Below, one piece after another: positions 18,320-27,220 of a stretch of 64,000 bases of DNA (position 1 is its first letter; every line of letters starts with the position of its first letter). The stretch is from an uncultured Candidatus Saccharibacteria bacterium (GTDB lineage Bacteria > Patescibacteriota > Saccharimonadia > Saccharimonadales > CAYUUR01), in the NCBI GenBank assembly GCA_964448075.1, contig CAYUUR010000003.1, forward strand, positions 69,610 to 133,609, in the 5' to 3' direction. The notes under the pieces are model-generated. The model saw only the letters and a list, made by a program, of their open reading frames with translations. It did not search any database and was not told the origin of the DNA. A program made the position numbers and the translations under genes.

Positions 18320-18895
18320 ATGGACTTAAGTAAACTAGAAAGTGGCCAACGAGTGCTGAGGCAGCGCGAAGAAACACTAACAAAAAACAATCGATTCGTG
18401 AGACCTTGGATTGTGAAGTATTTTATAAATCAACAGCAGTCGCGATCTACGTTTGAACCAGAAGATGGCGACTATTCCGAAAGTGCCCTCGTGCCATTAT
18501 TGCCAGTAGAGACTCCTCGTGGACAGCGCGAAGCGCGGTTGTTTCTGTGGGCAAGTGATCTGTTGTGTCGAGAAGGGGTTAAAGTGTACTTGGAAATTGG
18601 GCGTTTTGAACCGTCAGCAACGGAATCAACCCGTCAGTATCTTGGTACTGTCGACTATCCAGTCGGAAACAATGACTCGGGCTTGAGATATCAGGAGAGT
18701 GATCATGACTCGTCCGCACCCTTGCCACTTGATGAAAGAATCCTGATTGATGCGCTGCTGTTTGAAGCAGCAGAGGTAGCCGGTTTTGATCCATATATCG
18801 AGGGAAGTCGTCAACGAGCTATGCAGAGAAATATTCTGCCGCCAAATGAAATACCAGTATCACACTTCCGGAAAGGGGAGACTCATGGAAATTGA
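18320..18895 (+). CDS. Hypothetical protein (first of two ORFs inserted between xseA and xseB)
   Basis: ATG 18320 is preceded by GAAGGGAAGG, giving 191 aa. The 3' end overlaps the next ORF by 11 nt. Confidence 0.6.
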   Translation: MDLSKLESGQRVLRQREETLTKNNRFVRPWIVKYFINQQQSRSTFEPEDGDYSESALVPLLPVETPRGQREARLFLWASDLLCREGVKVYLEIGRFEPSATESTRQYLGTVDYPVGNNDSGLRYQESDHDSSAPLPLDERILIDALLFEAAEVAGFDPYIEGSRQRAMQRNILPPNEIPVSHFRKGETHGN

Positions 18896-19523
18896 CCGCA
18901 ACAATATGTTTCTGAGCACTAAATTGTTAGAAGCGCACAAGGAAGAGAAGCGACTAGTCGAGGCTAGGCAGTTTGAACGCAAAGCAGCGAGAGGCAAGCT
19001 CGTGTTGGGGCTATTGATGAATCCGGAAATCGGTGGGTATGCAGAGGATGTCTTCGGTGGTTGCCGAGTTACCGTTGAAGCAATGCCCGCTAAGGGTCGC
19101 TCAAAAATTGACTCACAACACCCACATGCTTATGCCCTCACTGGCTTCTTTCCGCTCAAGCAAACAATTTCATTCTCTGGCCAGGCAGAAATAGCTACTG
19201 TTATTTCAGGCAACTTCTCTGCGGTCGAACCCGTCGAGCTTGGGGAAATGCCAGAAGCATTCAATCCAACAATCGCAATGATCGAACTGGCAGTGAAGGA
19301 TAAGGGAAACGGTGCGCTTACAAACCAGGTGATGGCAATATTCAATCATGAGGATTATGCTCCTGAAACCGGCGCGACGGGTTTTAAGCTTAGTGAGTTC
19401 TACGAAGACGGCAGTCCATCATTATCTTTGCGTGAATTCGGCAAGGTAATGTACTATGACGCGCTCCTAGAGGTACTCGAAGTGTCAGCAAGTGCTGCCG
19501 GTATTGATGTTCCAAGGGTATAA
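18885..19523 (+). CDS. Hypothetical protein (second inserted ORF)
   Basis: ATG 18885 is preceded by AGGGGAG, giving 212 aa. The stop codon abuts the xseB ATG (TAATG). Confidence 0.6.
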   Translation: MEIDRNNMFLSTKLLEAHKEEKRLVEARQFERKAARGKLVLGLLMNPEIGGYAEDVFGGCRVTVEAMPAKGRSKIDSQHPHAYALTGFFPLKQTISFSGQAEIATVISGNFSAVEPVELGEMPEAFNPTIAMIELAVKDKGNGALTNQVMAIFNHEDYAPETGATGFKLSEFYEDGSPSLSLREFGKVMYYDALLEVLEVSASAAGIDVPRV

Positions 19524-19720
19524 TGAATACGATGGCAAAAACATACAAACAATTGCAGGCTGAACTTGACGAGGTTATGGACAAGATACAGGCAGAAGAA
19601 CTTGATGTAGAAGAAGCAATCAAGTTGTTCGAACGTGGCGAAAAGTTGATTGCCGAGCTGGAACAGTACCTCAAGACCGCCGAAAACAAAATAAAACGAC
19701 TAAAACTGCCTAAGACATGA
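19523..19720 (+). CDS. xseB: Exodeoxyribonuclease VII small subunit
   Basis: 65 aa. The sequence YKQLQAELDEVMDKIQAEELDVEEAIKLFERGEKLIAELEQYL is typical of XseB. Confidence 0.85.
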   Translation: MNTMAKTYKQLQAELDEVMDKIQAEELDVEEAIKLFERGEKLIAELEQYLKTAENKIKRLKLPKT

Positions 19721-20208
19721 TCATATTTACAATCGTAACGGCTGTCTTTTTGCTGTTTGCCTTCGCGGTATTTTTTGGCGCACCATATCTACCAACCCTC
19801 AAACCACAGATAAAAGAAGCGCTTGACCTTATGGATCTACAAAAAGGCCAGACTATGCTAGAACTCGGCAGTGGTGATGGTCGGGTTATGCTGGCAGCAG
19901 CCAAACGAGGCTGGAAGGTCGTCGGTTATGAACTTAACCCGTTACTGGTTATCATTTCATGGATAATTACATTGCGTTATCGTCGCCAGGTCAAAGTCAT
20001 CTGGGGCAGTTACTGGCGCAAAAGCTGGCCAGAGGCTGACGGGATATTCGTGTTTTTACTCGACAAATACATGCTAAGGCTTGATGAACACATCTGGCTG
20101 AACTGTAAAAAGCCACTCCGCGTCGTGAGCTTTGCGTTCAAAATACCCGGCAAGCGTATCGCGGCCAAAAATCACGGTATGTTTCTGTATAAGTACAATC
20201 AACACTAA
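19717..20208 (+). CDS. Small class I SAM-dependent methyltransferase with an N-terminal TM segment
   Basis: 163 aa. Motif I is MLELGSGDGRVMLAAAKRGWKVVGYELNP. An ATGA overlap links it to xseB. Confidence 0.6.
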   Translation: MIIFTIVTAVFLLFAFAVFFGAPYLPTLKPQIKEALDLMDLQKGQTMLELGSGDGRVMLAAAKRGWKVVGYELNPLLVIISWIITLRYRRQVKVIWGSYWRKSWPEADGIFVFLLDKYMLRLDEHIWLNCKKPLRVVSFAFKIPGKRIAAKNHGMFLYKYNQH

Positions 20209-20252
20209 GAATCTTCTTGCCAGAGGTCAACAAGTCGGCTACCATAAGCAGT

Positions 20253-20918
20253 ATGAGAAAATTAAACAATTCTGGCGAGATGGATGTCTTGCTTGTCCCG
20301 CTGATCATGTTTGCTGTCCTCTTTTTGGTGGCGAGCGGTATGGCCGTGTGGGCATTTATGGGTCGCCAAGACTACAAAAACAACACAGAAGCAAAAGTAA
20401 CTGCAGCTGTTGAAGTTGCCAAAGAAGAGACATCAACCGCCAAAGACAACGAATTCATAGAAAAAGAAAAGATCCCATTTGACGATTATCAGGGGCCAGC
20501 CTCATTCGGTGGCGTACTTATCCGTTATCCTAAGACCTGGAGCGCCTACGTCAACGAAAAGGGAACCGGCAAGAGTCCTATTGACGGCTACTTTCACCCC
20601 AACTTTGTTCCTGCACCAGAGACAAAGCCAAGTTACGCACTGCGCGTACAGGTCATTAGTGGCAACTACGCCAATGAGCTCAAGAAGTATGACACTTACG
20701 TTAAGCAAGGTACGCTCAAAGCTAAGCCGTACAAATCCGAGAAGGTACCAACTGTCACCGGCATTCGTCTAGATGGGCAGCTGGCTTCAAAGGTAAAGGG
20801 CAGCCTCATTATGTTGCCACTGCGAGACAAGACCCTCAAGATCTGGACAGAAGCTGACAATCAGTATCTCAAAGACTTCAACGAAAACATCCTGCCAAAC
20901 TTCACGTTCGAACCATAG
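20253..20918 (+). CDS. Membrane-anchored hypothetical protein
   Basis: The ORF is open from TTG 20217, but ATG 20253 (MRKLNNSGEMDVLLVPLIMFAVLFLVASGMAVWAF) is preferred. It has a single N-terminal TM segment and an extracytoplasmic domain of about 170 aa. Confidence 0.6.
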   Translation: MRKLNNSGEMDVLLVPLIMFAVLFLVASGMAVWAFMGRQDYKNNTEAKVTAAVEVAKEETSTAKDNEFIEKEKIPFDDYQGPASFGGVLIRYPKTWSAYVNEKGTGKSPIDGYFHPNFVPAPETKPSYALRVQVISGNYANELKKYDTYVKQGTLKAKPYKSEKVPTVTGIRLDGQLASKVKGSLIMLPLRDKTLKIWTEADNQYLKDFNENILPNFTFEP

Positions 20919-20955
20919 CTTAGGCTACTAAGAACTATTATGCTATAATTGGCAA

Positions 20956-21309
20956 ATGTTTGCAGAACGATCATCATTTGCTCGACCCTATGTTTTTGCG
21001 ATAGTAAAAGATTATGAGGCAGAAGAACGCAGCGTTATCCGCCGCAATCGCTTGCAGTTTGCTGGTATTACGCTCGGGACGGCAGCACTATTTGTCGCGG
21101 CAGGCGCGCTGCTTGGTAATGAGACAGATACTTCAGTAGATGCCGAAGCGGCGCAGCCTGACTCAGTACAATCTGAAATTGAACTGGTGTATGACAACGA
21201 TGAGTCAGCGACTCGGCAAGAAAGTAACCCTTTGTTGCTTGCCGTACCAGGAGCTATGGCTGGTGTAGGCATTGCCTTTACCCGCAGCTTGACCTCAGAA
21301 GACTACTAA
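20956..21309 (+). CDS. Small two-TM hairpin membrane protein with an acidic loop
   Basis: 117 aa. The layout is RRNR, TM1 (FAGITLGTAALFVAAGALLG), an acidic loop, then TM2 (LLLAVPGAMAGVGIAF). TGCTATAAT lies 6 nt upstream of the ATG. Confidence 0.6.
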   Translation: MFAERSSFARPYVFAIVKDYEAEERSVIRRNRLQFAGITLGTAALFVAAGALLGNETDTSVDAEAAQPDSVQSEIELVYDNDESATRQESNPLLLAVPGAMAGVGIAFTRSLTSEDY

Positions 21310-21349
21310 TGACACAACATACAGGGGTGTTATACTAGGAGCAATAACC

Positions 21350-22069
21350 GTGGAGGGTTACGAAAGCTACATGTCGACATCGGATCAGTTTGTTGATACC
21401 AAAATCTCATCGCAACAACGTTTGCTAGTTTCGCTCGCCGAAGATCTGAAGCTGCCGTTGCTGCAGATTGCACGTGAGGCGGAGTTGGCGCAGACGGGGT
21501 CACTTGAGCAAGTTCGGGCTATTGCTGAACACGCTCTATGGCTGGTTGATAGTCTGCTTTTGGTACAAACCGTTAGGCAAGAACAACTTGCACTTGAACC
21601 AGTAACCGTGTCATCTATGTTGTATGACGTCGCGCATGTGCTGGACACAATCGCCAAGCAATATGATTGCAAACTTGACCTCGACATCGCTGGTAAGTTT
21701 GTACCCGTTATGGCAAACAGGCAACTGTTAGAATCTGCGTTTGTAGGAATCGGCGGTGCAGTTATTGCGGCACAGGTCGAGCAGAAAAAGACCATCACGT
21801 TTTCTGCGCATCGCACCTCCGCTGGTATCGTAGCAGGCTGTTACAGCGACATGGCTGGTCTGAACGAAACGCTGCTCAAGCGCGGTCGCGTGCTCTACGG
21901 TAAGGCCCGCCAGCCTCTCAAAGATTTCACCGCACAGTCTGGGGCGGGGGTATTTATTGCTGACGCTTTGTTGGAAGCCATGCAAGTGCGCTTACGTACG
22001 GCACGCCACCATGGCCGGCAAGGTCTTGCAGTAACTTTATTGCCGAGCAGCCAGCTCGCCCTTGTTTAA
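21350..22069 (+). CDS. Cytoplasmic histidine-kinase-like protein with a degenerate H-box (His replaced by Glu)
   Basis: 239 aa. LVSLAEDLKLPLLQI aligns with the HisKA consensus SHELRTPL, placing E31 (nt 21440-21442) at the His position. The HATPase-like region has weak N, G1 and G2 boxes (ANRQLLESAFVGIGGAV, GCYSDMAGLNE, SGAGVFIADALL). The GTG start is preceded by AGGAG. Confidence 0.55.
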   Translation: MEGYESYMSTSDQFVDTKISSQQRLLVSLAEDLKLPLLQIAREAELAQTGSLEQVRAIAEHALWLVDSLLLVQTVRQEQLALEPVTVSSMLYDVAHVLDTIAKQYDCKLDLDIAGKFVPVMANRQLLESAFVGIGGAVIAAQVEQKKTITFSAHRTSAGIVAGCYSDMAGLNETLLKRGRVLYGKARQPLKDFTAQSGAGVFIADALLEAMQVRLRTARHHGRQGLAVTLLPSSQLALV

Positions 22070-22073
22070 TATC

Positions 22074-22457
22074 ATGAGCAAACTACTTCTTATCGAACCC
22101 GACCAGCGTTTAAGTAAAACGTACCAACAAGCTTTGTCGCGTCAGCATCAAGTAACCGTAGCGCACTCGGCGCAACAGGCTATCCATAGTACTGAGCAGT
22201 CTATTCCAGATGTGATTGTGCTTGATCCGCAGATTGCTCGTCATAACGGTGTAGAGTTTCTCTATGAACTGCGCTCTTATGAAGACCTTCAGAATATACC
22301 AGTCATACTGCTGGTATCTATGCATCCCGAAATGTTCACTGTGCCTATTGCATCGCAGCGCCAACTGGGCATTGTGCAGGTGCTGTACAAGCCACAGACC
22401 TCGCTAAAACAATTACATGACGCTGTCACAAAAGTTACGCGTATGGACGGCTCATGA
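22074..22457 (+). CDS. Stand-alone receiver-domain protein
   Basis: 127 aa from ATG 22074; the ORF is open from TTG 22062. It has LLLIEPD, the phospho-acceptor context DVIVLDPQI, ILLVS and LYKPQ. Confidence 0.65.
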   Translation: MSKLLLIEPDQRLSKTYQQALSRQHQVTVAHSAQQAIHSTEQSIPDVIVLDPQIARHNGVEFLYELRSYEDLQNIPVILLVSMHPEMFTVPIASQRQLGIVQVLYKPQTSLKQLHDAVTKVTRMDGS

Positions 22458-23143
22458 ACCAGATTGTCACCAAAGGCATCGTGCTCACTCGGACCGACTA
22501 CGGCGAAGCAGATAGGATTATCACGATGCTTACGCCTGATCATGGCAAGGTCAGAGTGATTGCAAAAGGCGTGCGGCGAGTCAAAAGTAAGCTTGCCGGC
22601 GGCATAGAACTCTTCAGTGTAAGCAATATTACGTACATTCCGGGGCGCAAAGAAATTGGCACTTTGGTATCGACGCGTTTGCTCGAACACTTTGGCAACA
22701 TAGTCAAAGACATCGACCGTACAATGCTGGGTTACGAATTACTAAAACGACTCAACAAAGCTACGGAAGACGATGTCGATGACGATTACTTCAGGTTGCT
22801 AGCTCAAGTATTGCTGGCGCTCAATGGAGGCTTGCCGCCGCGCATTATTGAGATGTGGTTTGACGCGCAGTTATTGCACCTTTCTGGCCATCAGCCGAAT
22901 CTGTTAACTGATGCCCAGCAACAAAAACTGCAGGCAAGTGCTCAGTACGGCTTTGATTATGAAACCATGACTTTTTTTGCACGCGATGGCGGCGAGTTTA
23001 CGACCGACCATATAAAACTGCTCAGGCTGGTATTTGACCTACAGAGCCCACGCCGGCTACAGACAATTACAGATATAGAAATGCTAACAAATAAAGTTGC
23101 GCCCCTGGTAACCAACGTACGTAAACTCTACATTCCGTTCTAA
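22454..23143 (+). CDS. recO: DNA repair protein RecO
   Basis: 229 aa beginning GIVLTRTDYGEADRIITMLTPDHGKVRVIAKGVRRVKSKLAGGIELFS, the typical RecO OB-fold N-terminus. Confidence 0.88.
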   Translation: MNQIVTKGIVLTRTDYGEADRIITMLTPDHGKVRVIAKGVRRVKSKLAGGIELFSVSNITYIPGRKEIGTLVSTRLLEHFGNIVKDIDRTMLGYELLKRLNKATEDDVDDDYFRLLAQVLLALNGGLPPRIIEMWFDAQLLHLSGHQPNLLTDAQQQKLQASAQYGFDYETMTFFARDGGEFTTDHIKLLRLVFDLQSPRRLQTITDIEMLTNKVAPLVTNVRKLYIPF

Positions 23144-23170
23144 AACAATTTAAGTGATACAATAATTTGT

Positions 23171-23713
23171 ATGAATAGTGAAGTGGCTACTAGTTTAGTG
23201 GGATCCGCTTACGATTTGGCAGAGGATTATCAGAAGCTTCAAAAGTGGTACGACAGGCTTAGCAGTCCGTCAACCGATTTGAGCGAAGGTATAACAGAGC
23301 GCGTTGAGATTCCTCTAGTTGGAGATGCGGTTAGTCTAGGTATAGACAACCTGGCGAGGCGGCGAGACGTTCGGTGGGGCTGCGCAACCTTTTCTGCTTC
23401 TGCACAAGACGAAAGCATTACAGTAGTGGTTGATCATCTGCATCGTCCTTTCCAGAGTGCCACACGGATGGGGCTTGTCGTTTCTTTTTGTCACGACGAC
23501 ACTGTTGCTGTGTTTGAGGAGACAGACGAGAAGCCTGGAGCATTTGACGGATTTGTCTTTGAGCTGAACGTGGAAGGCGACGGCTACTTACGCGGTTTAT
23601 TCGGTGACAGTTGCTACGAGCCTGACTTACCTAATGACGTTGCAACGCATTTATTTGCCGTGGATTGTTTGCGGACATTCACACGGCTTGAGCAAAAACG
23701 CTCTACAAATTAA
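23171..23713 (+). CDS. Hypothetical acidic protein
   Basis: A 180-aa ORF. GTGATACAAT lies 7 nt upstream of the ATG. Confidence 0.55.
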   Translation: MNSEVATSLVGSAYDLAEDYQKLQKWYDRLSSPSTDLSEGITERVEIPLVGDAVSLGIDNLARRRDVRWGCATFSASAQDESITVVVDHLHRPFQSATRMGLVVSFCHDDTVAVFEETDEKPGAFDGFVFELNVEGDGYLRGLFGDSCYEPDLPNDVATHLFAVDCLRTFTRLEQKRSTN

Positions 23714-23728
23714 AAGCACAGTATAATA

Positions 23729-23757
23729 TTGACAAATCAACACGCTTATGCTAATCT
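23729..23757 (+). promoter_or_regulatory. Promoter cassette copy 3 (TTGACA-17 nt-TAATCT)
   Basis: The sequence is ATTGACAAATCAACACGCTTATGCTAATCT. Confidence 0.6.
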
Positions 23758-23811
23758 ACTAGATAGAAAGGTCAAAACAAACACTTTCAAAAACCAAAAA
23801 AAAGAACGAAC

Positions 23812-24189
23812 ATGAAACTACTTACAGGAATCGCAAAATCAGTTGACGAAAAACTTGCTCGGCGTGAAGATCGCATGGAAGCGTCTGATACGTTTGGTCC
23901 AAGCATGCGGGGCGTCGTGCCAGGTTCAGATGACGAAAAGCAAAGGATGGCAGCATTTAGACAGGCTCGCGAAGAAGCGGACAAAACCAAAGAAGAACAA
24001 GATTTGGCTGTTAATCGTCGATTGCTGGCCGAAGCAAATGCAGGTAAGCTCGTGCTACGCGGTGGTGAGCATGGTCAGATTGTAAACGAAGTCACTGGTG
24101 AGCATGCTGCTGTGAACGTGCCCGTTAGCGGTCCAGACTCAGCACCTCAGGAAGTACCCGTTGTCGTAGAACAACGACCAGAAGCCTAA
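23812..24189 (+). CDS. Hypothetical charged protein
   Basis: A 125-aa ORF downstream of cassette copy 3, with an A-rich leader of about 48 nt. Confidence 0.55.
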   Translation: MKLLTGIAKSVDEKLARREDRMEASDTFGPSMRGVVPGSDDEKQRMAAFRQAREEADKTKEEQDLAVNRRLLAEANAGKLVLRGGEHGQIVNEVTGEHAAVNVPVSGPDSAPQEVPVVVEQRPEA

Positions 24190-24210
24190 CAGGGTTTTCA
24201 TAACAAAAAA

Positions 24211-24240
24211 GACGCTCGTTTTCTGGAGCGTCTTTTTTGT
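24211..24240. terminator. Bidirectional rho-independent terminator
   Basis: The sequence is AAAAAA-GACGCTC-gttttctg-GAGCGTC-TTTTTTG. It lies between the convergent genes 23812-24189 (+) and 24255-24881 (-). Confidence 0.8.
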
Positions 24241-24254
24241 TTGTATGTTAGGGC

Positions 24255-24881
24255 TTACTTAAGGGCTGATTTGCGATAGACTTCGCCGGTTGAGAGCTGA
24301 GTCTCAAGCGTGTAGCCGCTACAGTCAGTAGTACAGCCTGCTGGTGTTGGGCCATACACGTAGGTATAGCCTTCTGGTGTCGTAACTGCTTCCACGCTGA
24401 GGTAGGTGAGGGAACTCAACGATGAAGGGTATGTTTTGTTGGTAGCATAGTAGCTTTCTAGTGCGGCGTACTGGTTGTTGATATCTGCGACAGCTTCAGT
24501 GTCTGCGGCGAGGGTTTGGATACCCTTGGAAGAGGCTAATATGATAAGAATCACTGCCAAAATGCCGACTATTATCGACAGGCCATTTAGTACGATACCG
24601 GCAACAGCAATGCCGTTTTTGAAGCCAGCTTTACTGCTCTTGACCTTTGCAACGATGCTGAGAATCAGGCCAACAAGCGGGAAGACAAGTACCAAGACTA
24701 AACCAATAATCGCCAAGGTTTTGCCGGGGTCATGCGCTTCAGTTGGCTGCGAGGCCGTAGGTTGAGTCGGCTCTGGTGGATTTACTGGCGTTTGTGGAGC
24801 GGCCGATACAGCAGGTGTTACTGACTGTGACTCTGGCTCTACAGGTGGAGTTGCGGGTGTTTGCGGTTCTTGTTCAGGCAT
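24255..24881 (-). CDS. Membrane protein: Pro-rich N-terminus, two TM segments, pilin-like C-terminal domain
   Basis: 208 aa. It starts MPEQEPQTPATPPVEPE and has hydrophobic spans LAIIGLVLVLVFPLVGLILSIV and IAVAGIVLNGLSIIVGILAVILIIL. The tail ADTEAVADINNQYAALESYYATNKTYPSSL...GCTTDCSGY resembles type IV pilin globular domains. There is no G/FTLIE prepilin signal. Confidence 0.55.
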   Translation of the reverse strand: MPEQEPQTPATPPVEPESQSVTPAVSAAPQTPVNPPEPTQPTASQPTEAHDPGKTLAIIGLVLVLVFPLVGLILSIVAKVKSSKAGFKNGIAVAGIVLNGLSIIVGILAVILIILASSKGIQTLAADTEAVADINNQYAALESYYATNKTYPSSLSSLTYLSVEAVTTPEGYTYVYGPTPAGCTTDCSGYTLETQLSTGEVYRKSALK

Positions 24882-25031
24882 GTTTGTTCCTTTTTTGTGT
24901 TAAATACCGTTACCTTGTTTATACCACGAGCGCTTACGCTTTACCAAGCAGCTACTCGTGCCATAAACGCTTTTGTCTATATAACTACGGGTATATATAA
25001 TTGCGTGAATAATGAAGGTTGAGGAGTTGAT

Positions 25032-25472
25032 ATGAATGTACGATATGTAGCCTTGCCCGTAGCTGGCGCTTGTCTTGGAGTTGGTGCTGGTTTAGGAGTA
25101 GTAGAATTATTAGGTCAAGATGAAACATATGCCGCCCAGATGGCGGCTGTAGAAGATTGCCAGTACGACCTTGAGGATACGCCACAGCAAGTAGCAGAGT
25201 TGCCTGAAGACTGTGAGCGTTATGAAGATTACTTTGCCCACAACTACCGAACAGGCGCTTATTTTGTGCCCGCGGCGGGTGAGCTGCCTGACTTTTTGCC
25301 GCTAGAAACAGAGGCAGAAATTAATGATGACATGGCAGATATTCGTTTACTACTGGGAGCGATCGGCGCTATCGGGGGTTTAGGGACTGCTCTAACAGCT
25401 ATGAGTTACTTGAAGGTACGTGATGAACCAGAGCGTGCCAATTCGATCCCTGAACCGCAGCTTGAGCAGTAG
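25032..25472 (+). CDS. Small two-TM hairpin membrane protein with an acidic loop
   Basis: 146 aa. TM1 is VALPVAGACLGVGAGLGVV, the acidic loop is about 75 aa, and TM2 is LLLGAIGAIGGLGTALTAM. A GAGGAG Shine-Dalgarno sequence is present. Confidence 0.6.
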   Translation: MNVRYVALPVAGACLGVGAGLGVVELLGQDETYAAQMAAVEDCQYDLEDTPQQVAELPEDCERYEDYFAHNYRTGAYFVPAAGELPDFLPLETEAEINDDMADIRLLLGAIGAIGGLGTALTAMSYLKVRDEPERANSIPEPQLEQ

Positions 25473-25503
25473 TAATCGTTTCAATCTGTTATAATACGTT
25501 CCA

Positions 25504-26886
25504 ATGAGTGACAAAAAAGAATCCGTTTCTATGGAAGATATTGTTAGCCTGTGCAAGCGCCGTGGGTTTGTGTACCCTGGTAGTGAGATTTATGGCGGGG
25601 AAGCCGGGCTGTATGACTTTGGTCCGTATGGAGTAGAACTGCTCAATAACATCAAAAAATCTTGGTGGCGCGCAAACGTGCAGTTGAAAGAAAACTATGT
25701 TGGCCTTGATTCGGCAATGTTTAAGAACCCAAAAGTCTGGGAGGCGTCTGGTCATGTGGGTGGCTTTTCTGACCCGCTGGCTGAATGCAAAAAGTGCAAT
25801 ACACGCATTCGTGTAGACAAAGAGCTTGAGAAGATCGGCGTGACCGCTGATGAGAAAATGTCTGAGGAAGAACTCAACAAACTCTTCGACGAAAACCGAG
25901 ATAAGATCAAATGCCCAAACTGTGGTTCAAAAGAATTCTCAGACGTTCGCGCGTTTAATTTGCTGGTTAAATCTAACTTAGGTGACTTTACCGATGCAGG
26001 TGACCGTCCGGTGTACTTGCCGGGTGAGGCGTGCCAGGGAATCTATCTGAACTTCAAAAACATCGTTGATACGACGCGCATGAAAGTGCCGTTTGGTGTG
26101 GCGCAGATCGGTAAGGCATTCCGTAACGAGATTAGTCCACGTAACTTTCTTTTCCGTACTCGTGAGTTTGAGCAAGCCGATACGCAATACTTCATCCGCC
26201 CAAATGAGAACAAGGCAGCCTACGACGCGATCAAACAAGATCGCTGGGATTGGTATGTTAAGGACCTTAGTATCAACGAAAAGAACCTGCGTTGGAAACA
26301 GCACGATAACCTAGTTTTTTACGCAAAAGACGCTTGGGACATTGAATACGACTTCCCATCATATGGCTTTGATGAGGTTGAAGGTTTTCATGACCGCACC
26401 GATTATGACCTATCGCAGCACAGCAAATTCTCCGGCACCGATCTGACCTATACCGACCCACATACACAAGAAAAGTTCATCCCGTGGGTAGTCGAGACAT
26501 CAATGGGGATGGGGCGTATTTTCCTGACCGTCGTGTCTGACGCATATACGGTTGAAGAAAAGGACGGTGAATCGCGGACTGTATTAAGACTGGCAAAAGA
26601 CCTGGCGCCTGTGAAAGCCGCAGTTTTTCCTTTGCTCAAGAACAAGCCTGAGCTGGTAGAAAAAGCCCGCGAGGTTTACCAAATGCTGGCTAAAGAAATG
26701 CCGTGCGAATTTGATGACAACGGCAACATCGGTAAGCGCTATCGCCGTCAGGACGAGATAGGTACGCCGTACTGCGTAGTAATCGACTTTGACACTCTAG
26801 AAGACGACACTGTGACAATAAGAGATCGCGACACCACCGAACAGCGACGTGTCAAAATCAGCGATCTTGTAAATGAAGTGAGCTAG
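25504..26886 (+). CDS. glyQS: Glycine--tRNA ligase (single-chain dimeric type)
   Basis: 460 aa. It has RRGFVYPGSEIYGGEAGLYDFGPYGVELLNNIKKSWW and class II motifs. TGTTATAAT lies 8 nt upstream of the ATG. Confidence 0.93.
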   Translation: MSDKKESVSMEDIVSLCKRRGFVYPGSEIYGGEAGLYDFGPYGVELLNNIKKSWWRANVQLKENYVGLDSAMFKNPKVWEASGHVGGFSDPLAECKKCNTRIRVDKELEKIGVTADEKMSEEELNKLFDENRDKIKCPNCGSKEFSDVRAFNLLVKSNLGDFTDAGDRPVYLPGEACQGIYLNFKNIVDTTRMKVPFGVAQIGKAFRNEISPRNFLFRTREFEQADTQYFIRPNENKAAYDAIKQDRWDWYVKDLSINEKNLRWKQHDNLVFYAKDAWDIEYDFPSYGFDEVEGFHDRTDYDLSQHSKFSGTDLTYTDPHTQEKFIPWVVETSMGMGRIFLTVVSDAYTVEEKDGESRTVLRLAKDLAPVKAAVFPLLKNKPELVEKAREVYQMLAKEMPCEFDDNGNIGKRYRRQDEIGTPYCVVIDFDTLEDDTVTIRDRDTTEQRRVKISDLVNEVS

Positions 26887-26887
26887 C

Positions 26888-27220
26888 ATGTACCGCTACA
26901 TTTGGAAGATAGCTCTCAAAGACGGCATCACTGAACAAGACTTAGCCGAACATTGGCGGGAATCAAGCACCGTATTGCAAGAATACGAGGGGGCACTTGG
27001 TACTCATTTGCATAGAACGCGTGGTGAAGAAAATAGCTACTTTGCAGTGGCAGAATGGGAATCGCAAGCTGCGCGTGACGCGGCCATGGAAGACGTGCAT
27101 GCTGGCCAGTCAGAGCGCTCAAAGCGCTGGCTCAAGTTTGCTAAAAATGATGAGTTTGGCGTAGTTGATCCGCACTTTGCTGGTGAAGAAATAGGCGTTG
27201 TTCTGCCTGAGACTACCTAA
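26888..27220 (+). CDS. Small ABM (antibiotic biosynthesis monooxygenase)-like protein
   Basis: 110 aa. The assignment rests on the ferredoxin-like size and the pattern YFAVAEWESQAARDAAM, so it is weak. Confidence 0.4.
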   Translation: MYRYIWKIALKDGITEQDLAEHWRESSTVLQEYEGALGTHLHRTRGEENSYFAVAEWESQAARDAAMEDVHAGQSERSKRWLKFAKNDEFGVVDPHFAGEEIGVVLPETT

